Assembly: GCA_963827755.1 (NCBI GenBank) | Contig: CAWHCQ010000034.1 | Location: forward strand, 1 to 58,657 | Reading direction: 5' to 3' | DNA length: 58,657 nt | From: an uncultured Gammaproteobacteria bacterium | GTDB lineage: Bacteria; Pseudomonadota; Gammaproteobacteria; UBA9214 | Shown: piece after piece, positions 1 to 11,236 of the stretch | Layout of the letters: each line of letters begins with the position of its first letter | How positions within the stretch are numbered: the stretch's first letter is position 1 | Notes under the pieces: generated by a model | Databases searched by the model: none | What the model saw: the letters and a program-made list of their open reading frames with translations, nothing else | What the model was told of the DNA's origin: nothing | Translations under genes and position numbers: made by a program

Positions 1-681
1 CCCCTGCTGGCTAATGATGACATTGCCGACGATGTACGCACAGAGTTACGCTGGCTGGTACCGAGAATTCCCGGGCAGTTAACGGATGCTTTGCTGGATC
101 CTGATGTGCCAATGCTGGCACGACAACGATTGCCAGGTGTCCTCGAAGCCAGCCACAATCCACGTTCCATTGACGGATTATTGCTGGGCATGATGGATGC
201 GTCTTTTAACGTACGTTACAGTTGCGCCAGGGCACTGGCGCGAATGCGCTCGAGAAATGCCAGCCTGAAAATTCCCCGCGAAACGATCTACACTGCAATT
301 CGTGAGGAACTCGACGCTTCGATGGATGAGTGGGAGGTGCTCAGCGAGGAACTGAATCTTAGCGATGAGCAGGTGGAAGACGCGGGAAGTCCTCGCATCA
401 ACCGCAACCTGGAACACGTGTTTACCCTGCTGGCGCTTACCCTCGACCCGGATGCCGTCCATATGTGCAAGCAAGCCGCTTTCAGCAAGGACATCAATCT
501 GCGTGGTACCGCACTTGAATACCTGGAAAATGTCTTACCGGCCGGGCTTTACCTGGTACTCGTGCAGCGACTCGGTCTCAGTGAGGAAGGACGCAGCAGC
601 TCACGTTCGTTGCGTGAAATCATGAAAGAACTGAAATCCGTTGTGCAGAATGCGGGGCCGCACTGGTCAGATCGATCCTGA
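1..681 (+). CDS. HEAT-repeat protein, C-terminal part (5' truncated); resembles the tail of NTT/TLC-HEAT nucleotide transporter fusions
   Basis: Frame is open from base 1 to TGA at 679-681. HEAT-like units DASFNVRYSCARAL and LEHVFTLLAL...LRGTALEYLENVLP. Transporter part, if any, lies outside the window. Confidence 0.7.
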   Translation, partial: PLLANDDIADDVRTELRWLVPRIPGQLTDALLDPDVPMLARQRLPGVLEASHNPRSIDGLLLGMMDASFNVRYSCARALARMRSRNASLKIPRETIYTAIREELDASMDEWEVLSEELNLSDEQVEDAGSPRINRNLEHVFTLLALTLDPDAVHMCKQAAFSKDINLRGTALEYLENVLPAGLYLVLVQRLGLSEEGRSSSRSLREIMKELKSVVQNAGPHWSDRS

Positions 682-746
682 CCTGAGTGAGACAAAACTA
701 TTGCCGCAATGAGCACACAACTTTACGGGTATAAGGCGTAAAGTGC

Positions 747-2057
747 CTACTGTTGGTGCTCTACAGGCATCCCGACCGGCACCGGCACTGGTGCCGGTAT
801 CGGGTTGGCCTTCTCGATCAGCCGGTGAATACGCATGCCCATTGTTTGATGATCCACGGCCGAGTTCTTGCGCAGGATATTCGAAATCAGTGTAGAGATG
901 TAATGCAGTGGTCGACCGTCCAGGTGGTTTTCCACGATCGCGACCGAGTTCATGTAGTTTTTCACGTTACCCATGTACTTGCCGCATTTAAAACCTTCTT
1001 CTTCCTTGCAGCTGTAGAGGGATCCGGACTTGAAATACACGGCCGAGTCCCTTAGTGCCGGTGCCGAGGCATAACGAATTCGCCGCTCGGTCATGTAGAG
1101 CAGGCGCTTTATCTCGCGGCTGGAAAACTCATCCACCAGGCGACCCTGTTCCATGCGCAGGGTGAACAGCATCAGCTCCCTGGCAGTCCCGTAACTGTTG
1201 CCGCCGCCGGGCACTTTTTTCTTGCCGGTACGTGTAAAAAAACTTCCCTGGCGCAGCCGGTTGATATCCAGTCCGTTACGGGTAATCGGGTCGAAGAAGG
1301 TGGCCTGGAACAGTGCGGTCAGTTCCTTTCTCGGAGTTTCGCTGAAGAACCGCTGGATTTCTTCTTCCGGAACGGGATAGCCCTTGCCGTAGTGTTTCAG
1401 CAGCATGGCATCGCGCATGGTCATGGCGGCGGCGGCATTGGAACTGGCAGACAGCATCCAGTCAAGGTACTCCCAGAGCGAGCCTCGGTCGCCATCCTTC
1501 ATTTCGCGCCGGGTCAGTTTTTGTGTTTCGACATCGAACAGTCGAATATCGTGATGGTCCCAGTGAGAGAATTCATCGGCGGTAATGATCGTGTTTTTCA
1601 GAATATCCCGGCGCTTTGCAAGGTCATCCGGCCAGGCATCGGCCAGTGCCTGGAACAGGCCCAGCGCCACCACCATCTTGCCGACACTGCCGACATTCTG
1701 CGTGTGGTCACCACGGTGTTCGGCGTAGCGTGGATTTTCCGGGTTGCTCAGGTCCAGTACGGCGATTCCGTAGCGGCCTGCATTATTGCCCAGCAGGTTC
1801 AGGATTTGGCGGTTGAAAGCCGGGTCCGGGGCCGGCAGGTCAATGTCCGGGTAATCCAGCAGGCGCAGGTCGACCTCCGCCGTTGAAAGTTGCGCCCCCG
1901 GGGGTTGCTTGCGTCCTCGTATAACACCCTCATTCGCGAGGCGTGCACCTTCCACGCGCCGGATGCCGGTTTCCGCGTAACCATCCAGCGGATAGGCCGT
2001 CACCAGGGAAGGAGAGCCGAGCACCAGTAACAGCGGCACAGCCAGGAATTTAATCAT
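747..2057 (-). CDS. Secreted serine hydrolase, class A beta-lactamase-like / PBP fold
   Basis: Signal peptide MIKFLAVPLLLVLGSPSLVTA; SxxK (GSVGK), SxN (SSN) and K[ST]G (FKSGS) motifs in order; start overlaps the stop of the upstream dikinase gene. Confidence 0.85.
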   Translation of the reverse strand: MIKFLAVPLLLVLGSPSLVTAYPLDGYAETGIRRVEGARLANEGVIRGRKQPPGAQLSTAEVDLRLLDYPDIDLPAPDPAFNRQILNLLGNNAGRYGIAVLDLSNPENPRYAEHRGDHTQNVGSVGKMVVALGLFQALADAWPDDLAKRRDILKNTIITADEFSHWDHHDIRLFDVETQKLTRREMKDGDRGSLWEYLDWMLSASSNAAAAMTMRDAMLLKHYGKGYPVPEEEIQRFFSETPRKELTALFQATFFDPITRNGLDINRLRQGSFFTRTGKKKVPGGGNSYGTARELMLFTLRMEQGRLVDEFSSREIKRLLYMTERRIRYASAPALRDSAVYFKSGSLYSCKEEEGFKCGKYMGNVKNYMNSVAIVENHLDGRPLHYISTLISNILRKNSAVDHQTMGMRIHRLIEKANPIPAPVPVPVGMPVEHQQ

Positions 2058-4994
2058 CGTGGTATCTCCAGCATGTTTACTGTCTGGCCAAGGCGGCCTT
2101 CAAGCGTCTTGTCCATGTTGTTCAGGTAGCTGCTGCCGCGGGCCTGTTTGCTTTCCAGGAAGGGACGTATCTGAAACAGCTGCAGCTTGCCTTTCAGGAA
2201 ACCGAATTCGACATCTGCTGGCGCCGGCTTGCCTTCGTCATCTGTAATCGAGGGAAACTTTTGCGGCAGTTGTTTTGCAAATTGTATGAGCTGCCTGATT
2301 TCGTCCGGCTGTAAAACCGTATCACTGCCACTGGTCGGGACCTTTTCGACCCCGCCGCTGGCAACCGGGTTGCGGCGCCAGGGGGCCGTGGCCATGGCCA
2401 GTACCCGCACCGAGCCATCGCGTGTATCAATGCGCAGGGATTCGGCGGACTGGCCATCGACCGCGCCACCGACGCCTTCGTTGACGGCGACTGAAATAAT
2501 CGCGCGGTTGCCCGTATCGATGTCCTGGGTCACCAGCACGCCGGACTTGTCATTCGCCACCGACTTCAGCAATAGCACGGCAGGGTAGACATGCTCAGGC
2601 GTATCCATATGCGACTGCCGCCATGCAAACGCCCGGGCCGTGAACGGGGACGCCCAGACACGCGGAATGGCGTTAATCACGTTGTCCACCCCGATCACGT
2701 TCGGCAGGGTCAGGTTCAGACCGGCACCGGTAAAACCGGCAAGGTCCTCGACGTTGGTATCAGAGCGTACAAATACGCCATAGGTGCCGGTACCGAAGGC
2801 TTCGGCCATGGTCTTGCGCAGTGCGTTCCTGAAATCGTCATCCAGCTTTGCCGATGCAATCCGCTCATACACCGTGGCACGGAATTTCTCGGTAAATTCC
2901 TGCCTCCTGGCAGAGTCTTCCGGCATGGCCTGCATCGTGCGATATTGCTCGACCATCCATTCGAACATGGTCTTGCCTGAATTATCGTAGGGCTTGTCCA
3001 GCACCGTCTCCCGGAACACGCCAAAGGGAATGGCGACGCCCTGCGCGACGGCGTCGGGATAAGAGTGGCGCAATTCACCGAGCTTGGCAGCCTTTGGACC
3101 GACAGTGCGCCCGGAGTCATCTGCACGCAAGGCATCGAGGATAAGGAACTCCTTGACGGACAGGTCCAGCTTTTCCAGGTCCGGTCGAATGACAGCACCG
3201 GACTCCTGCTTGTCCTTGCCGAACACCGCGTCCCAGTCCGCGCCATCCGGCCCCAGTTCAACCAGTCCTGCCGGGCTGACCGCCATGACGACCGCCTTGC
3301 CGTCATGCTTGCGTATGGCCGGAATCAGTTCCTCGTCCACGCCAACGTTGGGTATCCCCAGGTTGCGGGCAAGCAGCTGGACATGCGACAGGGGATTGCC
3401 TTCACCGGCCGTCATGATGCCGGCGATCGGCGGTAGCTCGGAAATGGTTTCCGGCAACAGGTAGATACCGCGTGCTTCAAAAGCGGCGTGTTCATCAAGG
3501 TCCGGTGTGGCATGCAGCACGCCACGTGCCAGCCCCGGGTTGAGGGCGCGAAAGCCGACACCGATTTCCTTGCCGAAGAGTTTGTGCTGGACACCTGCCA
3601 GGCGGTTTGCATCCTGCAACAGCCCGTCAAGAACTTGCGAATAAAACAGCAGCGGGCTGCCGCGCAACTGGTCCTGGATAAACAGCAGTGCCAGCGGTTC
3701 GATCCGTGCCAGTTTCTCCATTGATTCGTAGAACTGGAAGCGCAGCCCCTGGGTTCCCCAGCCGGGCACCCGCCCGAGGTAGCCCAGCGTCTGCATGTAG
3801 CCGGCCAGGGAAATTTCCGACTTGCCGAGGCCGTCGAGCGACTTGGTTATTTCGCGACGTCCGCGTTGATTGATGTTGCCGGTTCCATAGGCGGCGTCCA
3901 CGGCTGCCTTCAGCCACTCGACACGCTGCTGCCGGGTGGCCTTCGGGAGTTTTTCACGCAGGTCCGCACTGGCACTGAAGTTCACCGTCTCGACTGCGAG
4001 TCCAAGGTCGAGTACCCGCAACCGTGCCGAGGCACTCCTGATGCGCGGCAGGGCATCTCGCAGATCCGCCAGCAGACGGGCGGTTACCGTGAATTGATGC
4101 TCGGCCGCAGGGTTGCTTTCCAGTTGTTGCGCGGCAGTGTGCAGGATTTCCTGCAGCCAGGGTCCCGCGGTGAATATCGCGGCTGTTTTATTCAGTTCCA
4201 CGGGCAGGGGTGCAGCCTGGTAAACCAGGTCAATCTCGCGGGCCAGGCTTTTGTATTTTTCCCTGAGTTCCGGATTTTTCGTGGCGGCCGCGTAATCGCG
4301 AACCAGTTGTGCATCGCTCGCCTCGGGGGTGCCGTGAATCTTGCCGCGGATGTCCTTGAAGCCCTTGTCTTCTTCTGACAGGGAGGCCGACACCTGGCGG
4401 ACCTTCTGGACAGACGCGGTATCCTCGCCATGCGGTAACAAGGCCGCGCCGATGCGCAGCGCCGGGTACCGGAATCCGATCCAGTTCGAGTCGGCCGCCA
4501 GGGTCAGCAACAGGTCCCGTCCGCCATTGCGTTCACCTTCTTCCTGGATGGCGCCCCGGTAGAAGAGGGCGCGGCGCAGTATCCAGCCATTGTCCACCCG
4601 GATGAGGAATTTCTCGATCAGCAACTGGTTATAGGCGTCGATGAATCCAGGCTGGTTGACGTCAACATCTGTTTTGTACCCGGCGAGAAAGTTCGCGATC
4701 AGGTATCCCTCGTCCCTCAGCTTTCTGGTCTTGTCGCTCCATGAGCCGTGCTGGTGGCCGCCGCCATGTTTGACGCAGGCATACTCCCTGGGCGGCAGGA
4801 TGGATCCGTCATTGCAGAACCAGCGCAGCTCCTTGAAGGGACCCCTGTCGCGGCTCTTCATTTCCCTGATCCATTGCCGGTATTCCGGATTGTTTTCAGC
4901 TGCGCCGAGTGGCGCTGTCGGATGAGGCATGACTGCCTGCTGTGAAACATACGTTGAAGGCGAGCAATATCGTTATTATTGAACAAACTTTCAT
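2054..4994 (-). CDS. Secreted PEP/pyruvate-binding (PPDK/PEP synthase-like) dikinase with phospho-His domain; one frameshift near the 5' end
   Basis: ORF 2054-4930 has His-swivel motif GEGNPLSHVQLLARNLGIP and ATP-grasp motifs GPKAAKLG, FVRSDTNVEDLAGFTGAGL, DVEFG...LFQIRP. An upstream ATG at 4994 with GGAGG RBS encodes signal peptide MKVCSIITILLAFNVCFTAGSHA in another frame. Confidence 0.85.
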
Positions 4995-5075
4995 TCTCGC
5001 CTCCGTGGAAAGGATAATGATGTCAACAGGCAGGAAAACAGAGAATAGCAAAACCGGGGGCTCACGGCATCTACA

Positions 5076-5850
5076 CTAGAAAGTACGTATACCCCTGTTC
5101 AGCGGGTGTTGTCGAAACACAAGGACATTGCCCGCGGCATCCTGAAGAATTAATCTGAGACTGGTTCCTGGCAAAGGTGTACTGTGTAACGCTGCCGGTT
5201 TGTTTTGCAAGCAGGTTGACAATATTATTTCTGATCTGGATCGTGCCGCTGATTGCAGCTCTTTCTGTTCCGCAGTAGAAACTGGTTTCCCCTGACCTCC
5301 AGGATCTCGCCGGTATTCCCGTACCAGCGTCCGTTGAGCAAGGCAGAAGTGGGATACTCGCCGGCGGGGTTTGCGTATCTCGCAGGAAAGCCGTTGTTCG
5401 GTATTCCATAGGGATGCATGCAGGATAGCGGTTGTTCGGTATCCCGTACGGGTTCGAGTAGGCGGGTGACATGAACGGGTTTTGCCCGCCGCATAAGGGT
5501 ATTCCAGGGGTTGCTCCACGGATTGCCCGTCATGCCGGACGACCAGGGCGACATCCCCATGCCGTTCAGCGGCACTCCACCCAGGCCGGACCAGGGATTC
5601 ATACCGGTCATGCCCCAGGGACTCGCATGCCGCTCATCAGGGGCAGGGTGGTCATGCCGAGCCCGAGGGAATTGCCGCCGCCCCAGCCAAGGTTGCCTGT
5701 ACTGTCACCGGCAACGTCTGACATGGCCCTCATCATGCCCAGCATCATGCGAAACATAATGCTGAACATGTCACCGTACTCGTTGGCAGCAGCAGGCCGG
5801 GCACATGACAATGCGCAAATGAGCAGGTAAATGGCGGGTCTGTTTTTCAT
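5076..5850 (-). CDS. Secreted low-complexity Gly/Met/Pro/Trp/Asn-rich protein with small C-terminal beta domain (several frameshifts)
   Basis: Signal peptide MKNRPAIYLLICALSCARPAAA; pieces across frames give GMNPWSG, GMSPWSSG, GNPWSNPW, PYGIPNN repeats, then LNGRWYGNTGEILEVRGNQF. Confidence 0.6.
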
Positions 5851-6111
5851 TTAAATAATATGTCGTTAGCTGGCCTTTTTAATCAAGTGTAGAAGATCGG
5901 ACCGATTATCAGATAACATAGTTCAATAATACTATATATTGTGCCTTGCTTCCAAAGACATCCTATATTTGGTAGCAACAGGGGCGTCGGTGTCTGGCTG
6001 CGATTCGGTTGACCTGACGGCCCTTGAGATTGAGGGCGGGGAAGCTTGCATGGAGGTAAATATCAGCACACATGGTACACTTTGCCGGATAACTCTATTT
6101 CACTGAATCTC

Positions 6112-9100
6112 ATGAAAAAAATCACTGAATTACTGGACGGGCGCATCCTCTTTCTGGATGGCGCCATGGGGACCATGATCCAGCGCCACAAGCTGGAAGA
6201 GGCGGATTACCGCGGTGAGCGCTTTGCCGACTGGCCCTCGGACCTGAAAGGCAATAACGACCTGCTCAGCCTGACGCAGCCCGGAGATCATCCGTGATAT
6301 CCATACGCAGTACCTCGAGGCAGGCGCGGATATCATCGAGACCAACACCTTCAACTCGACGCGCGTTGCCATGGCCGACTATGGCATGGAAGAGCTGTCC
6401 TTCGAAATCAATGTCGCATCGGCAAGAATCGCTCGCGAGGCGGCTGATGCGCTGACGGCAAAAACACCCGACAAGCCACGCTTCGTTGCCGGTGTGCTGG
6501 GTCCAACAAACCGCACTGCCTCGATATCCCCCGACGTCAACGATCCGGGTTTTCGCAATATTTATTTCGATGAACTGGTTGACGCCTACACCGAGTCCAC
6601 CCGTGCGCTGATCGAGGGTGGTGTCGATATCATCCTGATCGAGACCATATTCGATACGCTGAATGCAAAGGCCGCCGTGTTTGCCGTCGAGCAGTATTAC
6701 GAAGACTCGGGCAGCCGCTTGCCGGTGATGATTTCCGGCACCATCACCGATGCATCCGGCCGTACCTTGACCGGGCAGGTAACCGAGGCATTCCTGAATT
6801 CACTGCGTCATGCAAGGCCGCTGTCCATCGGTCTCAACTGTGCACTCGGTGCTGAACAGATGCGCCAGTATGTCGATGAGTTGTCACGGCATGCCGATAT
6901 TCGCATTTCGGCACATCCGAATGCCGGGTTGCCGAACGAGTTTGGCGAATACGATGAAACACCGGCGCAGATTGCCGCTGAACTGGGTGACTGGGCGGCC
7001 AGTGGCTACCTGAATATTGTCGGTGGCTGCTGCGGCACCACCCCGGAGCACATCAGGGCGATCGTCAAGGCGGTCAGTCCGCACCCGCCTCGCAAACTGC
7101 CCGTGATCGAAAAACAATGCCGCCTGTCAGGTCTTGAACCCTGCAATATCGGGCCGGACAGTCTTTTCGTGAATGTCGGCGAACGCACCAATGTCACCGG
7201 TTCGGCGCGTTTCAAGCGTCTCATCATGGAAGGCGATTTCGATACTGCGCTGGCGGTGGCACGCGAGCAGGTTGAAAACGGCGCGCAGATCATCGATATC
7301 AACATGGATGAAGGCATGCTGGACTCAAAGGAAGCAATGGTGCGCTTTCTCAACCTGGTTTCCGCTGAACCGGATATTTCCCGCGTGCCGGTCATGATCG
7401 ATTCATCCAAGTGGGAGATCATCGAAGCCGGACTCAAATGCATCCAGGGTAAAGGCGTGGTGAATTCCATCAGCCTGAAGGAAGGCGAAGAAGAATTTAT
7501 CCGTCATGCAAAACTCGTGCAGCGCTACGGTGCCGCCGCCATCGTCATGGCATTCGACGAACAAGGCCAGGCGGATACCTGCGAGCGCAAGGTCGAGATT
7601 TGTACGCGGGCTTACAGGATCCTCACCGAAAAGGTCGGCTTTAACCCGGAGGATATTATCTTCGATCCGAATATTTTCGCCATCGGCACCGGCATCGAGG
7701 AACACAACAATTATGGTGTTGATTTCATCGAGGCCACCCGCGAGATAAAGCAGACGCTGCCCCACGCGCTGGTGTCCGGTGGCGTTTCCAATGTCTCGTT
7801 CTCGTTCCGCGGCAATAACCCGGTACGCGAGGCGATTCACGCCGTTTTCCTCTACCATGCCATCAAGGCCGGCATGGACATGGGCATCGTCAATGCCGGG
7901 CAACTGGCAATCTATGAAGACATCCCCGCCGCACTGCGCGAACGGGTCGAGGATGTCGTCCGGAATCGCCGCGAGGATGCCACCGAGCGCCTGCTGGAAA
8001 TAGCCGCTGAATATGCCGGCGATGGTCAAGAAAGTCGTTGCAGAAGATCCTGAATGGCGCCAGTGGGAAATCAACAAACGCCTGGAACATTCGCTGGTCA
8101 AGGGTATTGCTGATTTCATCGAGGCCGACACCGAGGAAGCCAGGCTGGCAGCGGAAAAGCCGCTGGATGTGATTGAAGGCCCCCTCATGGACGGGATGAA
8201 CGTGGTTGGTGACCTGTTCGGGGCCGGCAAGATGTTTTTGCCCCAGGTGGTCAAATCTGCGCGCGTGATGAAAAAGGCCGTGGCCTACCTGCTGCCATAC
8301 ATGGAAACGGGCAAGGGTGAAGCGGTGCAGACCAATGGCCGCATCCTGATGGCGACCGTCAAGGGCGACGTGCACGATATTGGCAAGAATATCGTCGGCG
8401 TCGTGCTGCAGTGCAACCGTTACGAGGTCATTGATCTCGGGGTCATGGTTGCGGCTGAAACCATTCTCAAAACGGCACGCGAGAAGAATGTCGATATTAT
8501 CGGCCTGTCGGGACTGATTACGCCATCTCTGGACGAGATGGTGCACCTTGGCAAGGAAATGCAACGCCAGGGCTTCGACTTGCCGCTGTTGATCGGTGGC
8601 GCAACGACTTCACAGATTCATACCTCCGTCAAGATCGACCCGCAATACAGCGGTGCGGTGGTCTACGTACCCGACGCCTCCCGCGCGGTCGGTGTCGCAA
8701 GTTCATTGTTAAGCGAAGACAGGCGCAAGGATTACATTGCCGGGATCAAGGAAAAATACCGGCAGTTACGCGAACAGCGTGCCGGCCAGCAACAGTCACG
8801 CCAGCTCGCCACGATTAAGGAGGCGCGTGCCAACAAGTTCAGCACAGACTGGGGGAAATACCAGCCGGCAAAACCCGAATTCCTCGGCCTGAAGGTTTTT
8901 GACGACTATCCACTGGCCGAGTTGATTGGCCATATTGACTGGAGTCCGTTCTTCAAGGCCTGGGAACTGGCCGGAAAATATCCAAAAATTCTCGATGATG
9001 AAATCGTCGGCACGGAGGCCAAACGCCTGTTTAACGACGCACAGGCCATGCTGGAGAAGATTGTCAGTGAAAAATGGCTGCAGGCCCGGGCAGTCATCGG

Positions 9101-9788
9101 CCTGTTTCCCGCCAACTCGGTCGATGACAGTGACGTGCAAATCTACACGGATGACACGCGCACGGAGGTGCGGACCGTATTCCATTTCCTGCGCCAGCAG
9201 ATGAACCGGCGTAACCAGGCGCCCAACCACAGCCTGGCCGATTACATTGCGCCGAAAGAAACCGGCATAAAGGATTACATGGGTGCTTTTGCAGTCACCA
9301 CCGGGATCGGCATTGAAGACAAGGTTGCCGAATTCGAGGCCGACCATGACGATTACAACAGCATCCTGCTGAAGGCACTCGCAGACCGGCTGGCCGAGGC
9401 CTTTGCCGAACGCATGCACGAGCGCGTGCGCAAGGAATTCTGGGGTTACGCCACGGCCGAGAACCTGAGTAATGAAGAATTGATAAAAGAGGAGTACCGC
9501 GGTATCCGCCCGGCACCCGGGTACCCGGCCTGCCCGGACCATACGGAGAAGGGCCTGCTCTGGGACCTGATTGACCCGGCCGCCAATGCCGGTATGACGC
9601 TCACCGAGAGTTTCGCCATGTTGCCCACGGCCTCGGTTTCCGGGTTTTACTTTGCCCATCCGAAGGCCCGCTACTTCGGTACCGGCAAGCTGGCACGCGA
9701 CCAGATCGAGGACTACGCACAGCGCAAGGCCATGAAAGTCGAGGAAGTCGAGCGCTGGCTGGCATCCGTCCTCGGTTATGACAACTAG
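6112..9788 (+). CDS. metH: Cobalamin-dependent methionine synthase (frameshifts near 6280 and 8025)
   Basis: [44 protein letters not shown]12 motif and [12 protein letters not shown] activation domain across three ORF pieces. Confidence 0.97.
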
Positions 9789-9914
9789 GCCACGGATTGC
9801 ATGTAGTTTTACATTGCGGCGCGCCTGCAAGGCCACTGCAGGAAATGCCAATATGTTAGTTCACATAAACAACGTCAACGGGCTATGAAAGTTTTGCACC
9901 TTAAATCGAGGTTA

Positions 9915-11064
9915 ATGCCTACAATTCACCGATGAGATTCATCATCCTTCAAGGCGGCTTGCGCCACTGGCGAGAACTGGCAGTCGATTATCGACCAGTG
10001 CCTTGCAGATCTCGGCACCGAGCCGTCGTCAGCCAACCTGGGCCTGCTATACCTGACCGAGGCACTGGCTCCCTACCTGGATAACCTGGTTGAATACTTG
10101 CGCATAGAAAACCGGTATCAATGACTGGGTCGGAACGGTTGGCAGTGGCATCTGCTACAGCTCCCTGGAGATTTATGACGAGCCGGCAGCCGTCATTATG
10201 CTGGCTACATTGCCCGCGGACAGCTATCGCCTGATCCCATCGGGGCTGGAAGCGCTGGCCGACATGCTCGGTAAAAACAAGAACTGGATTGCCGAGCATT
10301 CCGCGCATTTCTGTATCGTTCATGGTGATCCGCGTAATAGTCATATCACGCAATTGATTGAATCGCTCTCAACAGAACTGGATCCCGGATTTCTTGTCGG
10401 CGGCCTGTCGTCTGCCGGCAATGAAGATCTCCAGTTCCAGGTTGCCGGTGAGATCTACGAGTACGGATTGTCAGGCGTACTTTTTTCCTCGGAAATACCG
10501 GTGATAAGCGCGGTGACACAGGGCTGCACGCCGCTGGGACACAAGCACAGGATTTCCAACTGCCAGGGCAATATCGTCGCCGAGCTTGATGGCAGGCCGG
10601 CGCTGGAAGTATTCAAGGAAGATGTCGGGGAGGTCCTCGCCAAGGACCTTTCACGCGTTGCCGGTTATATCTTTGCCGGTCTGCCGGTAAGCGGGTCTGA
10701 CACCGGTGATTACCTGGTACGCAACCTGATTGGCATCGATCCGGAGCAAAAACTGCTGGCCATCGGTGACAATCTTGAGGAAGACGCGACTATCATGTTC
10801 TGCAAACGTGACGGCGACACGGCCCGCGAGGATATGATTCGCATGTTGCAGGACTTGAGAAAACGCACCACGGGTCCGATCAGGGGTGGGGTGTATTACA
10901 GCTGTCTCGGGCGTGGACGCAACCAGTTTGGTGAAAATTCAGAGGAATTAAAGCTGATCCACGAACAGCTCGGTGACTTTCCGCTGGTCGGTTTCTTTGC
11001 CAACGGCGAGATTTCGCACAACCGCCTGTACGGCTATACCGGGGTTTTGACGCTGTTTCTGTAA
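9915..11064 (+). CDS. FIST N/C domain protein (NosP-like sensor family); frameshifts in the 5' part, start approximate
   Basis: LVGGLSS, QGCTPLG, ELDGRPAL, YSCLGRG, PLVGFFANGEI...YGYTGVL; N-terminal ANLGLLYLT...DWVGTVGSGIC lies in an upstream frame. Confidence 0.88.
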
Positions 11065-11144
11065 TCCCGGCTGGAAATATTCTGTACCCACCCCGGATTT
11101 CGCTCCCGCGCACCTGCACCCGGGCGACGTACCCTGTAAATCGT

Positions 11145-11210
11145 TGTAGGAGCCAGCGCCAGCTGGCGAACGGTGCGTGAATCATTCGCCAGCTGGCGCT
11201 GGCTCCTACA
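11145..11210. repeat. REP doublet (GTAG family), perfect 26-bp inverted repeat
   Basis: TGTAGGAGCCAGCGCCAGCTGGCGAA (11145-11170) and its reverse complement (11185-11210) between convergent genes. Confidence 0.85.
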
Positions 11211-11236
11211 TTTTATCGAGTTGCGCCGCATCGATC

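Noticed and set aside
747-2057. Antibiotic-resistance beta-lactamase
   Set aside because: Only the fold motifs are present; size, insertions and operon context differ from true class A enzymes and there is no mobile context.
5851-6111. Cobalamin or SAM riboswitch upstream of metH
   Set aside because: No convincing B12-box or SAM aptamer core recognised by eye; an Rfam scan would settle it.
6112-9788. Split metH or programmed frameshifting
   Set aside because: No slippery heptamers seen at the breaks and the same kind of indel occurs throughout the window; best explained by sequencing error.
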